A stretch of DNA of 64,000 nt from a virus: IMG/VR virus record IMGVR_UViG_3300027704_000008, positions 1-64,000 of that record, one strand, 5' to 3'. Position numbers and translations under genes: made by a program. Below, piece after piece: positions 1 through 9,409 of this stretch. Below the pieces are notes generated by a model, which worked only from the letters and a program-made list of their open reading frames with translations, had not been told where the DNA came from and did no database searches. Numbering within the stretch: the first letter of the stretch is position 1; every line of letters begins with the position of its first letter.

Positions 1-2
1 CC

Positions 3-131
3 CGTGATCAAGTCCGCATAACACAAGATTGTTATCCAGCCGATCATATCGGAGGTGTTCCGGTGTATAATGCTGTACACCTGACTTCCGGACAAGGCAT
101 ATATGTAACTGCTGGAGAGCTCACTAAATGA
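3..131 (+). CDS. 3' end of a hypothetical protein, truncated by the window edge
   Basis: Open frame RDQVRITQDCYPADHIGGVPVYNAVHLTSGQGIYVTAGELTK*; its TGA overlaps the next ATG (ATGA). Confidence 0.6.
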   Translation, partial: RDQVRITQDCYPADHIGGVPVYNAVHLTSGQGIYVTAGELTK

Positions 132-703
132 AGACATTTTCCCAGTTTATGCAAGAAGGTTTCCTCGATGACATGCTCGCAGACTTCGAACCCGTTTCCA
201 AGTCAGAGATAGATGCGGTGATGAAGAAGTCGGATGCTGTACTCGCAAAGTATTCCAAACAAAAACGGTATAAACCACGGAAGTACAGTGGTCAGAAACA
301 AGAAGGTTTCTCTACATATGTTCGTTCACAAGGCGAACTAAAAAAAGCGATTGGTGGTAAGGTAACTCTTGATGGCATTATCAAGATATTCGCAAACGGT
401 AACGTGAAGGTTGCCGATAACTTCCAACCCATGATTAGCATAAGCGAGTTGTGGAAGGTAAGAGAATACGACCGCAAGATGGTCGGGGGATTCACTGGTA
501 AGAACACCGAGTCTGAAATGAAGAAACTCAAAGCAGACATAAAGAAGAACGGCATCAAAGAGTATGGACATGTCAGCATTGACCGAAGAAAGAACGGTGA
601 CGTTGAGGTGCTGCTCGGAGAGGGCAACCATAGACTGGGTATCGCAAAGGAAGTAGGGATCAAAGAAATGCCAATATCATTCTCATATGGTAATCTACGA
701 TGA
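128..703 (+). CDS. Putative internal head protein with a ParB/sulfiredoxin-like C-terminal domain
   Basis: N-terminus MKTFSQFMQE resembles the T4 capsid-targeting sequence; LKADIKKNGI...LGEGNHRL...MPI is a ParB-N-like pattern. Confidence 0.6.
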   Translation: MKTFSQFMQEGFLDDMLADFEPVSKSEIDAVMKKSDAVLAKYSKQKRYKPRKYSGQKQEGFSTYVRSQGELKKAIGGKVTLDGIIKIFANGNVKVADNFQPMISISELWKVREYDRKMVGGFTGKNTESEMKKLKADIKKNGIKEYGHVSIDRRKNGDVEVLLGEGNHRLGIAKEVGIKEMPISFSYGNLR

Positions 704-1212
704 AATCCTTCTCACAATTCAGTGAAGCATTTGATTCCCCATATAAGATTGATATGGTATCGTATAACGACAGGGACTATAAGGGAAAGGTGAAACTGAA
801 AGACGGTTCAATGTTGGTTGTTCGTGCCGACCGAGAAACAATTGGCACTGATAAATATTCTTGGGATATATCCTTTCAACGATCAGAAAAGCAGAGCGTG
901 ACTGGTGAAGGCGACCAGATGAAAGTCTTTGCCACTGTCATTGATGCCATCCAACAGTTTATAAAAAAACAAGATCCCGACGAATTCTCCTTCATTGCTG
1001 ACAAGGCAGTCCGTAACGACGACGCAGATCCAAAAGAATTACAGAGTCGCGAGAAGTTGTACAGTCGCCTTGTCAAGAAGTATTTCTCAAAGGGATATAA
1101 AGTAGAACAAGACACTAACAAACTCGGTACTGCTTGGATTATCAAAAAGCAAAAGGCAGTGAAGAAGGGACGGGTAAAACGATACGGGAGCAGACACAGG
1201 TCACGACTATGA
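700..1212 (+). CDS. Putative internal head protein, paralog of 1823-2344
   Basis: MKSFSQFSEAFDS leader; shares TG.GD..K.F.TV and REKLY.R motifs with 1823-2344; ATGA coupling at both ends. Confidence 0.65.
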   Translation: MKSFSQFSEAFDSPYKIDMVSYNDRDYKGKVKLKDGSMLVVRADRETIGTDKYSWDISFQRSEKQSVTGEGDQMKVFATVIDAIQQFIKKQDPDEFSFIADKAVRNDDADPKELQSREKLYSRLVKKYFSKGYKVEQDTNKLGTAWIIKKQKAVKKGRVKRYGSRHRSRL

Positions 1213-1826
1213 AAAGATTCTCACAATTTATAGAAGAAGATGTCTCGCAAAGAGAGATCAATGATCTTGAGAAGTTTGCAGACAGACTGCTGAATAAATT
1301 TGATGTGGACATTGAATTCACCAAGCACTTTGCAGACCGTGTAAACGACAAGCGCAACAAACCTGGAATCGCTATCGAAGAGTTGCAAAGTCTGTTCAAG
1401 AAGATGGCGGCAAACAAGGGTAAGAAGATCAAGAAGCATGGCAACAGCGAAGCAATCCTGAAAGACATGCAGTCTGATTTGAACCTACCTGTCGTGGTGA
1501 ACTGGAAGAATGGCGAGTTTGAAGTTGTCAACAAAACCATAATGAGAAAGAAAGCATTCAAGTCTCCAGACCCAGCGATCAGGTATGAGTCTCAAGTCAA
1601 CGAAGGTTATGGTGGTCCAGGCATGTGGATGCCGAAACAGAAAGACGGCAAGAACTGGATTGTCTCGTACTCCGCTGTAATAAACGGTAAGACCGTTAAT
1701 GTTGATAGAAAATTCAGAGTCAAGTCAGACGCATTGGATTTTATAAAGGATTCTACAAAAATCTTAAAGAAAGACGATAGGGTGACCTCCTTTAAATTTG
1801 ATAAACCGAAGCCATATAAGAAATGA
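1209..1826 (+). CDS. Putative internal head protein with a possible RelE/BECR-like nuclease domain
   Basis: Start moved to ATG 1209 (ATGA overlap, MKRFSQFIEE leader); FTKHFADRVNDKRN and VVNKTIMRK motifs. Confidence 0.55.
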   Translation: MKRFSQFIEEDVSQREINDLEKFADRLLNKFDVDIEFTKHFADRVNDKRNKPGIAIEELQSLFKKMAANKGKKIKKHGNSEAILKDMQSDLNLPVVVNWKNGEFEVVNKTIMRKKAFKSPDPAIRYESQVNEGYGGPGMWMPKQKDGKNWIVSYSAVINGKTVNVDRKFRVKSDALDFIKDSTKILKKDDRVTSFKFDKPKPYKK

Positions 1827-2344
1827 AATCGTTTATACAATTCAGTGAAGCATTCGATTCTTCTTATAAGTTCAATGGAAAGAAAGTTTCCGAGGATGAA
1901 TACTCATATGGGTTTGATTCAGAATATACCGACCTCAAAGGAAAAACGAAAAAGAGCAGGATACAAGTCGATATAGTCGGTAGTGAAAACGCAAACGATG
2001 AAGATCATTATATATGGGATATTGGTTTTAGTCGAAGACTAACACCGAACATGACTGCTGGCAAGATGATAATTCCTGGACAACCATCATACGGTATGAC
2101 TGGCGATGGTGATGGTCTGAAGATATTCTCCACTGTCATGAAGATCGCTCAAGAGTTTGTGAAGAAAGAAGACCCGAAATACGTTTCGTTTGCAGCAGAG
2201 AAACCCGAGGGCGCACCCAGCAAAGTAATGGCGACCAGAGAGAAACTCTATCTCCGTATGGCGAAGAAATTCTTTGGAAGCAAATTTAAGATAACATCAA
2301 AGTCGAGTTCCACTGGAACAGTATTCTATTTGGACAGAAAATAA
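1823..2344 (+). CDS. Putative internal head protein, paralog of 700-1212
   Basis: MKSFIQFSEAFDS leader; conserved WDI.F.R, TG.GD and REKLY.R blocks. Confidence 0.65.
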   Translation: MKSFIQFSEAFDSSYKFNGKKVSEDEYSYGFDSEYTDLKGKTKKSRIQVDIVGSENANDEDHYIWDIGFSRRLTPNMTAGKMIIPGQPSYGMTGDGDGLKIFSTVMKIAQEFVKKEDPKYVSFAAEKPEGAPSKVMATREKLYLRMAKKFFGSKFKITSKSSSTGTVFYLDRK

Positions 2345-2857
2345 ATGAAAACATTCAAGCAGTTTACAACTGGTAAGACAAAAAGAAGCCCCGATTGGGG
2401 TACGCCGGAATCTGTTAAAACCGCAAAATATTTAACACCAGGGCAAGATGCCAACGAGCCCGCGGACAAGTTAACCGAACGGAGTCCTAGTGAAATTGCT
2501 AAGTTTGCTCTTGGCGGGGTTGTATTTAAGAAGCAGTATAAACTAGCCCTAGACGCATTGAAATCGGTCCTTGCTAGAAAAGGATCCAATCAAGTGGCAG
2601 GGCAACGTAAAGGTTCTCCTAAACATTCTATAGGATATTACGCTGCACAAATAGCAAAGAGCTATAGCCACGTTGATGGAAAAACTTTAGAGAAAATGAT
2701 ACCCAAAAACTTTGTGTTTGAAGAAGTTCCAGCTACTAGCACAGCATCTATTCCTGATAGTACCAATATTGGTCCTATGAAAGGCAAGCGTAAGAAGGCG
2801 CCTGTAACCAGACGCTATATAGAAATAATGGGCAAGCGAAGGAAGCAACAGCTATGA
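2345..2857 (+). CDS. Basic hypothetical protein with a capsid-targeting-like leader
   Basis: MKTFKQFT N-terminus; PDWGTPES...LTPGQ segment. Confidence 0.55.
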   Translation: MKTFKQFTTGKTKRSPDWGTPESVKTAKYLTPGQDANEPADKLTERSPSEIAKFALGGVVFKKQYKLALDALKSVLARKGSNQVAGQRKGSPKHSIGYYAAQIAKSYSHVDGKTLEKMIPKNFVFEEVPATSTASIPDSTNIGPMKGKRKKAPVTRRYIEIMGKRRKQQL

Positions 2858-3321
2858 TATCAACTACTATTTTAGGATCCATATTAGGATTCGCTGGCTC
2901 TGCGCTGGCTCCTATTGTGGGATATTTTGAAAAGAAAAACTCTGCCAAGCATGAGATTGCTAAGCTGGGGAAGGCCGCTGAAATGATTCAAGCTGGGTTT
3001 GAGCAAGATCAAGTTATGTACGCTCTCACCGCTCGTAGCGATGAACATAAACGCCTCCTCGACCACGACATTGCTATAAGTAAAGGGACGGGTTTCACAT
3101 CAGGTCTAGCAAAGATGGTCCGTCCAGTATTGACATACTCATTCTTTGCCTTGTTTGCTGTTGTGGAGATGTCTACTCTCAATCATGCTTTATCAGCTGG
3201 TACAGAGTTTAATACTGCTATTTTAACTGTATGGGATCAAGACACCCAAGCCATATTTGCCACTATAATAACTTTCTGGTTTGGTAATAGGGTGTTCGAG
3301 AAGCGAAATAAACTGCCATAG
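2854..3321 (+). CDS. Holin-like membrane protein (GTA 3TM holin type)
   Basis: Hydrophobic N-terminus, VRPVLTYSFF transmembrane segment and C-terminal FWFGNR motif. Confidence 0.65.
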   Translation: MISTTILGSILGFAGSALAPIVGYFEKKNSAKHEIAKLGKAAEMIQAGFEQDQVMYALTARSDEHKRLLDHDIAISKGTGFTSGLAKMVRPVLTYSFFALFAVVEMSTLNHALSAGTEFNTAILTVWDQDTQAIFATIITFWFGNRVFEKRNKLP

Positions 3322-3324
3322 CAG

Positions 3325-3353
3325 TTGACATAATACCCCGGTTCAAGTATAAT
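3325..3353 (+). promoter_or_regulatory. Consensus sigma70 promoter for nrdA
   Basis: TTGACA-N17-TATAAT. Confidence 0.85.
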
Positions 3354-3408
3354 AACAACTTAGTTTTCACTGAGGGGGATTCCTTCCCTCACATATAATG
3401 GAGCCAAT

Positions 3409-5208
3409 ATGGCAAAGCAACAATATATGGGAATAGAGATTGACCTATCAAGAGATGGTCTATTCGACGCCCTCGGCAAACAGCGGCTAAATGAAAGCTA
3501 CATGAGGGAGGATGAGTCTTCCCCGCAGCACAGATTTGCTCATGTTAGTAAGACGTTTAGCTCCAACCCCGAACACGCTCAAAGGTTATATGATTACTCT
3601 AGCAAGCATTGGCTGTCGTACTCAACTCCTATATTATCTTATGGTCGATCTGCCCGAGGGATGCCAATTAGCTGTTTCTTAAATTACATTGACGATAGCA
3701 GTCATGGATTGGTTAATAACCTATCTGAGACCAATTGGCTTTCTATGCTGGGGGGCGGTGTTGGAATTGGGTTCGGTATTAGGTCGTCCGATGAAAAGTC
3801 GACTGGCGTGATGCCCCATCTCAAAACATATGACTCTTCGTCGTTGGCCTATCGACAGGGTAAGACGCGTCGAGGTAGCTACGCTGCATACTTGGATATA
3901 AACCATCCGGATATTATATCGTTCCTTGAAATGAGGAAGCCAACCGGCGATCAAAACATGCGATGTTTGAATCTACATCATGGTATTAATATCACAGATA
4001 GATTTATGAGTCTTGTAGAGCGTAGCATGCAAGATAGCGAAGCGGATGATGGTTGGAACCTAAGCGATCCATTCAGCGGAGAGGTAAGGGAGACGGTTAG
4101 TGCAAGAGCCCTATGGGCCAAGATACTAGAATTGCGAATGGAGACGGGAGAGCCGTATATACACTTCATAGACACCTCTAATAGAGCGCTGCCACAGTTT
4201 CAAAAAGATCTGGGCCTCAAGATCCATCAAAGCAATCTATGCAGCGAGATCATTCTCCCAACTTCCGAAGACCGCACTGCCGTGTGTTGCCTATCCTCCC
4301 TTAATATGGAGTACTATGACGCTTGGTCTAAAGATCACAGCTTCATTAAAGATGTAGCCGAGATGCTCGATAATGTATTACAGTTCTTCATCGACAACGC
4401 TCCTCCAGAGGTCAATAGAGCTATATACTCAGCAAAACGCGAGCGCTCTATAGGCATAGGCGCCCTGGGATTGCATGCATATCTCCAACGCAAGGGTATA
4501 GCGTTTGAGGGTGTATCGGCTAAATTAGCTAACAACCGCATGTTTAGGCTCATCCGTAGTCGCTGCGATGAAGCTAGTTTAGCCCTTGGAGCGGAAAGGG
4601 GAGAAGCTCCTGATGCTAAGGGCACCGGTAAGAGATTCTCTCATGTTATGGCCATCGCCCCCAATGCTAGTAGCAGTATTATTATGGGCAACACTTCCCC
4701 ATCGATCGAGCCATATCGTGCAAACGCATACCGACAAGACACACTAAGTGGCAGCTACCTTAATAAGAATAAGTACCTCGACGAGACCATATTGCAATTG
4801 TGCGCAGGTGATACAAAGAATGACTATGATGAGATATGGTCGTCAATTATAGCGAATGACGGATCCATTCAACATCTGAAGATATTTAATGAGGAAGAGA
4901 AATACGTATTCAAGACAGCAATGGAAATAGACCAACGTTGGATCATAGAACATGCTGCCGATCGGCAGCAATACATTGACCAGGCACAATCATTAAACGT
5001 ATTCTTCCGACCAGATGCTAATATAAAGTATCTCCACGCCATTCACTTTATGGCGTGGAAGCAGGGAGTTAAAACAATGTATTATTGTAGGTCAGAGAAG
5101 CTTGGTAAGGCAGACAAGATTTCCAAGAAGGTGGAACGACAGGCCATAAAGGAGATAGACTTTCAAGCATTAATTGATGATAGTGGTTGCATGGCGTGTG
5201 AAGGATGA
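3409..5208 (+). CDS. nrdA: Class Ia ribonucleotide reductase alpha subunit, short form with no ATP cone
   Basis: SCFL, SNLCSEI, VCCLSS, IAPNASSS, YYCRS and C-terminal CMACEG motifs. Confidence 0.97.
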   Translation: MAKQQYMGIEIDLSRDGLFDALGKQRLNESYMREDESSPQHRFAHVSKTFSSNPEHAQRLYDYSSKHWLSYSTPILSYGRSARGMPISCFLNYIDDSSHGLVNNLSETNWLSMLGGGVGIGFGIRSSDEKSTGVMPHLKTYDSSSLAYRQGKTRRGSYAAYLDINHPDIISFLEMRKPTGDQNMRCLNLHHGINITDRFMSLVERSMQDSEADDGWNLSDPFSGEVRETVSARALWAKILELRMETGEPYIHFIDTSNRALPQFQKDLGLKIHQSNLCSEIILPTSEDRTAVCCLSSLNMEYYDAWSKDHSFIKDVAEMLDNVLQFFIDNAPPEVNRAIYSAKRERSIGIGALGLHAYLQRKGIAFEGVSAKLANNRMFRLIRSRCDEASLALGAERGEAPDAKGTGKRFSHVMAIAPNASSSIIMGNTSPSIEPYRANAYRQDTLSGSYLNKNKYLDETILQLCAGDTKNDYDEIWSSIIANDGSIQHLKIFNEEEKYVFKTAMEIDQRWIIEHAADRQQYIDQAQSLNVFFRPDANIKYLHAIHFMAWKQGVKTMYYCRSEKLGKADKISKKVERQAIKEIDFQALIDDSGCMACEG

Positions 5209-5222
5209 GTTAGTGACATCGT

Positions 5223-5912
5223 ATGTTCTACCTGTACCTAAAGACCCACGCCCGCACTAATATAAAATACCTTGGACAGACCTGCGAGGACCCACACACA
5301 TACGCTGGATCGGGGGCGCGATGGCTCAATCACTTGCGGAGGTATGGCGACGAGGTGGATACAGAGATATTGTGGGTCGGAGAAGATCGTAATGAGATGG
5401 TGGTGACTGGGATTAGATTCGCCAAGATGTTTAACGTTGTAGCTTCAGATGAATTTGCTAATGATGCACTGGAATCCGAATTGGATCACCATCAAGCTGG
5501 TAATGCAGAATGGCTTACGGCAAATCAACTTCCGGCAGTCCAAGAACGTCGAAGACGTGCAGCTCTTGGTAATACCAACACCCGCGGCAAGAAGTGGTGG
5601 TATAAAGCTGACACCAATAAAAGAGCCAGAGCTGAAGTGTCGCCAGGTATGGGATGGGTGAATAAGTGTCCAAAAGAATGGAGCTCAGATGGTCGAAAGA
5701 GAATATCGGAATCTTCATCTCGACCTAACACCAAAGAACATAACCGAAACATAAGCCTGGGCAAATCCGGACGCCCCAATAACAATAAAGGGACAATCTG
5801 GATAGTCAATGATACCACCGGACAACGAAAACGTGTCCAACCTGGAGCAGTGCCAGAAGGATACACAACTCTTACAGAAATTAGTGCTAGCAAAAAAAAG
5901 GATAATATATGA
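5223..5912 (+). mobile_element. Free-standing GIY-YIG (Seg-like) homing endonuclease
   Basis: YLYLKTH...KYLGQT...YAGSG N-terminus; NUMOD3-like EHNRNISLGKSG; repeated GKKWW/KGTIWI motifs; lies between nrdA and nrdB. Confidence 0.75.
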
Positions 5913-6895
5913 CAAAAAGTTTAATCACGGAAGAACGCAGTTACTTTAAACCATTTAACTATGCATGGGCATACGATGCATGGCTAGCCCACGAGCAAAG
6001 TCATTGGATTCACACTGAGGTGCCGATGGCAGAGGACGTTAATGATTGGAAGCGTAAAATAACAGATGCCGAGAAATCATTCTTAACTAACATATTTAGA
6101 TTCTTCACTCAAGGTGACATTGATGTTGCCGGAGCCTACGTCAATAACTATCTTCCTAACTTTCCCCAACCAGAAGTGCGTATGATGCTTATGGGTTTTG
6201 CTGCCAGAGAGGCATTGCATGTTGCAGCATACTCCCATCTAATAGAGACGCTAGGGATGCCTGAGAGCACGTATAACGAATTCTTAGAGTATGATGCTAT
6301 GGCAGACAAGCATTCTTACATGACTGACATGTCATCTAAGAAAGACGACAAAGACGACATCGCGATGAACATAGCGGCGTTCTCTGCATTCACTGAGGGG
6401 ATGCAGTTGTTCAGTTCATTCATTATGCTTTTGAACTTCCCTAGACACGGTAAGATGAAAGGTATGGGTCAGATCATCACATGGAGTATTGTTGATGAGA
6501 CGCAACACGCTGAGTCTATGATTAAACTATTCCGAACATACATAGAAGAGAACATTGAGATTTGGAATGATGGATTGAAAGGCAAGATATACACAATAGC
6601 CGAGAAGATGGTTGAACTGGAAGATAAGTTTATCGATCTAGCATTCGCCATGGGAGATATGGAAGGTCTAACATCCGATGAAGTCAAGAAGTATATCCGA
6701 TACATATGTGACCGGAGGTTGATCAGCCTGGGAATGAAAGGTATTTTCAAGGTAAAGAAGAATCCTCTACCGTGGGTAGAAGAAATGATTAATGCGCCTA
6801 CCCACACAAATTTCTTCGAAAATCGTGCAACTGATTACGCGCGCGGGGCTTTATCGGGAGACTGGGGTGAGGTATGGGGTGTAGCTCATGCATAG
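5909..6895 (+). CDS. nrdB: Class Ia ribonucleotide reductase beta subunit
   Basis: FFTQGD, REALHVAAY (iron ligands plus radical Tyr), EGMQLFSSF, DETQH, NFFE. Confidence 0.97.
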   Translation: MTKSLITEERSYFKPFNYAWAYDAWLAHEQSHWIHTEVPMAEDVNDWKRKITDAEKSFLTNIFRFFTQGDIDVAGAYVNNYLPNFPQPEVRMMLMGFAAREALHVAAYSHLIETLGMPESTYNEFLEYDAMADKHSYMTDMSSKKDDKDDIAMNIAAFSAFTEGMQLFSSFIMLLNFPRHGKMKGMGQIITWSIVDETQHAESMIKLFRTYIEENIEIWNDGLKGKIYTIAEKMVELEDKFIDLAFAMGDMEGLTSDEVKKYIRYICDRRLISLGMKGIFKVKKNPLPWVEEMINAPTHTNFFENRATDYARGALSGDWGEVWGVAHA

Positions 6896-6904
6896 GAATA
6901 ATTA

Positions 6905-7048
6905 ATGGAAATTTTTAACTGGTCAGTCATATGTGAAATATGTGACACCGAAACTGATGTGTTGGTATATAATGAAGACGAAAAGCCCGTATTCTGTGCC
7001 ATGTGTGGAGAGAGCGTAACCACAGTTGAGTTGAGCGATTCTCTTTAA
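6905..7048 (+). CDS. Small zinc-ribbon protein, 47 aa (not in the ORF track)
   Basis: MEIFNWSVICEICDTETDV...PVFCAMCGE with two CxxC pairs; AGGA upstream; stop overlaps the next ATG. Confidence 0.75.
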   Translation: MEIFNWSVICEICDTETDVLVYNEDEKPVFCAMCGESVTTVELSDSL

Positions 7049-7470
7049 TGTGGACATATAATGGAACAATGTACGATCCATCTCAAGAGGATCTACAAAT
7101 TTATATTGGATTTGTTTACTTGCTCACCGAGGTAGACACTGACATGAAGTACATTGGGAAGAAGTTTTTCTGGAAGAAGGTTACCAAGCCACCTTTGAAG
7201 GGCCGCAAGAACAAACGGCGCAGCTTAGTTGAATCGGACTGGAAGACATACTATGGGTCCAACGACAAGATAAAGGCATTGGTTGAATCTGGATTGGCTG
7301 ATAAATTTGATAGACAAATCCTTAGGTTATGTGAGACTAAAGGGGAATGTTCTTATTATGAAGCCAAGTATCAGTTCGATAATAGTGTTCTGCTGCGTGA
7401 TGACTATTATAATGGTATCATCAGTTGTCGTATTAATCAATCTCATGTGAGGGGTATAAAGGATGTATGA
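7048..7470 (+). CDS. GIY-YIG family endonuclease
   Basis: GFVYLLTE...KYIGKK...ESDWKTYYGS...YYNG. Confidence 0.8.
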   Translation: MWTYNGTMYDPSQEDLQIYIGFVYLLTEVDTDMKYIGKKFFWKKVTKPPLKGRKNKRRSLVESDWKTYYGSNDKIKALVESGLADKFDRQILRLCETKGECSYYEAKYQFDNSVLLRDDYYNGIISCRINQSHVRGIKDV

Positions 7471-7939
7471 TTATAAGTTCTACCTGAGGAGAGTTATAGA
7501 CGGAGATAGTATAGAGGGGGATATCGACCTAGGGTTTGATACGTATCTGCGAAAGGTGATTGTTCGCCTGCAGGGCATAGACGCCCCTGAGATCCGACGA
7601 TTAAGTTATATCGACGATGACGAGCTGAACGACAGAATCAAAGCGTATGGCAAGCATGTGAAGCGATGGCTTGAACAAGAGTTACAGGATAAGATATTGT
7701 ACATACAGACAGAGTACGATGATGAAAAGGACAAGTACGGGCGGATCCTCGGAGACCTGTACGTTATTAATGATGGACCTCCTCTTCAAAGTGTTAACGA
7801 GAAGATGGTTGACAATAGCCTTGCGGTGGTGTATAATGGTTCTTCTAGTAGGGAAGAACTGTACAGCGTTCATGTTAGAAATATGAACGAGCTTATACTC
7901 AAGGGTTTATACGAGGAACAATCCGGTGATACTAATTGA
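7463..7939 (+). CDS. Thermonuclease (SNase-like)
   Basis: RVIDGDSI, VRLQGIDAPE, DKYGRILG. Confidence 0.9.
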   Translation: MYDYKFYLRRVIDGDSIEGDIDLGFDTYLRKVIVRLQGIDAPEIRRLSYIDDDELNDRIKAYGKHVKRWLEQELQDKILYIQTEYDDEKDKYGRILGDLYVINDGPPLQSVNEKMVDNSLAVVYNGSSSREELYSVHVRNMNELILKGLYEEQSGDTN

Positions 7940-8774
7940 CTACAACGCAATAGCAATATCAAATGTCATAGCTACAAAACTTCAAGTCGACGAGAACATG
8001 ATTCGACATCAGATACTGAACAGTATCCGAATACATAGAGCCAAGCACACCGCAAAGTGTGGTGAGGTAGTTATATGCTGTGATGCTGGTAACTACTGGC
8101 GCAAGGATGATTTTCCTCAATACAAGCACTCTCGCGGTAAGACCCGCGATACAGATAAGTTAGACTGGGATGAACTGTTCCGCATCATCGAGCTTGTTTT
8201 GGCGGAGCTACGAGACAACTTTCCATACAAAGTAATTCGTATAGATAGATGTGAGGCTGATGATATTATTGCTGAGCTATGTGAGTACACTCAGGAGTTT
8301 GGACAGTATGAGCGCATGATGATTATATCGGGAGATAAAGACTTTGCGCAACTACAGAAACATGATAACATTGCCCAGTACGCCCCAGTGCAACGCAAGT
8401 TTATCAAGGAGGATAACGCTAAGGGGTTTTTAGCAGAACACATTCTCAAAGGAGACGCTGCTGACGGTATTCCTAATGTGTTATCCCAGGACGATTGCTT
8501 CGTTGAAGGGATTAGACAGACACCCCTCCGTAGAAAAGTTGTTGATCAGCTTCTGGCTGATCCTAATGCTCTTGGAGAAGGTGTATATCGTAATATTCAG
8601 CGCAACGCAAAGCTGATAGATTTAACACAAATACCCGTTTCTCTAAAGGAGCAGATTATAAATAGTTTTAATAGCCAACGGCCAGCGGCGAATAAGGGTA
8701 AGGTATTGAACTACTTAATAGAAAAACAATGTAGACTTTTGATTGAAAGCGCAGGAGATTTTGTAAATGGCTAA
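7926..8774 (+). CDS. rnh: T4-type RNase H / 5'-3' exonuclease
   Basis: ILIDYN, YWRK..FPQYK, CEADDIIA, ISGDKDFAQL, KGDAADGIPN. Confidence 0.93.
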   Translation: MILIDYNAIAISNVIATKLQVDENMIRHQILNSIRIHRAKHTAKCGEVVICCDAGNYWRKDDFPQYKHSRGKTRDTDKLDWDELFRIIELVLAELRDNFPYKVIRIDRCEADDIIAELCEYTQEFGQYERMMIISGDKDFAQLQKHDNIAQYAPVQRKFIKEDNAKGFLAEHILKGDAADGIPNVLSQDDCFVEGIRQTPLRRKVVDQLLADPNALGEGVYRNIQRNAKLIDLTQIPVSLKEQIINSFNSQRPAANKGKVLNYLIEKQCRLLIESAGDFVNG

Positions 8775-9201
8775 TTTCAGTAAGCCCCTAGAAATACACG
8801 AAATGATGGCTAAAGTATCCGCAGCGAAGACCCGCTTGGATAAAATTACGCTACTAAAAAGTTATAACCACCACGCTATGCTAGATGTGATGCGCGGTGC
8901 TTTTGATGATGCTGTTCAATGGAACCTTCCGGAAGGGAAGCCTCCATATAAAGCCAATGTTCCAGAATCTGTACCTTCTAGCCTTCTAAAGCAAAATCAG
9001 AAATTTAAGTATTTCGTGAAAGGCCCACTAAGCGAAAGCCTGACCACGGTCAAGCGCGAGCAAATTTTTGTTCAGGTATTGGAATCCATCCACCCCGCCG
9101 ATGCTGAGGTTGTTATCAATATGATCAACAAGAAGTCGCCCGGCAAAGGAATAACCAAGAAGTTGGTACAGGAGGCGTACCCAGATTTGATTAGACTATA
9201 A
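8767..9201 (+). CDS. Conserved T4-like hypothetical protein downstream of rnh
   Basis: LPEGKPPY and KREQIFVQVLESIHPADA motifs; position next to rnh. Confidence 0.75.
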   Translation: MANFSKPLEIHEMMAKVSAAKTRLDKITLLKSYNHHAMLDVMRGAFDDAVQWNLPEGKPPYKANVPESVPSSLLKQNQKFKYFVKGPLSESLTTVKREQIFVQVLESIHPADAEVVINMINKKSPGKGITKKLVQEAYPDLIRL

Positions 9202-9224
9202 TGTTCTATTAACAAGGAGAAGCG

Positions 9225-9389
9225 ATGCTACAGCAGCAATTGCAGCGTTTGCAGCAAGATTCAAAACAACTTGAACATTACATCCACCGATTGAATAAAC
9301 AAGGGAATAAGGCCCTAGCTTGCAATATGATTAAAAAAGCGGAGTTTTTAAATCAACACATTGCTAATATACAGCAAACAATTCAATAA
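9225..9389 (+). CDS. Small coiled-coil protein, 54 aa (not in the ORF track)
   Basis: AGGAG RBS; MLQQQLQRLQQDSKQLEHYIHRLNKQG...QTIQ*. Confidence 0.7.
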   Translation: MLQQQLQRLQQDSKQLEHYIHRLNKQGNKALACNMIKKAEFLNQHIANIQQTIQ

Positions 9390-9409
9390 GGAAGGTGATC
9401 ATATCTGCT

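Noticed and set aside
3409-6895. Introns or inteins in nrdA/nrdB
   Set aside because: Both frames are continuous and of normal short length; the endonuclease lies between the genes.
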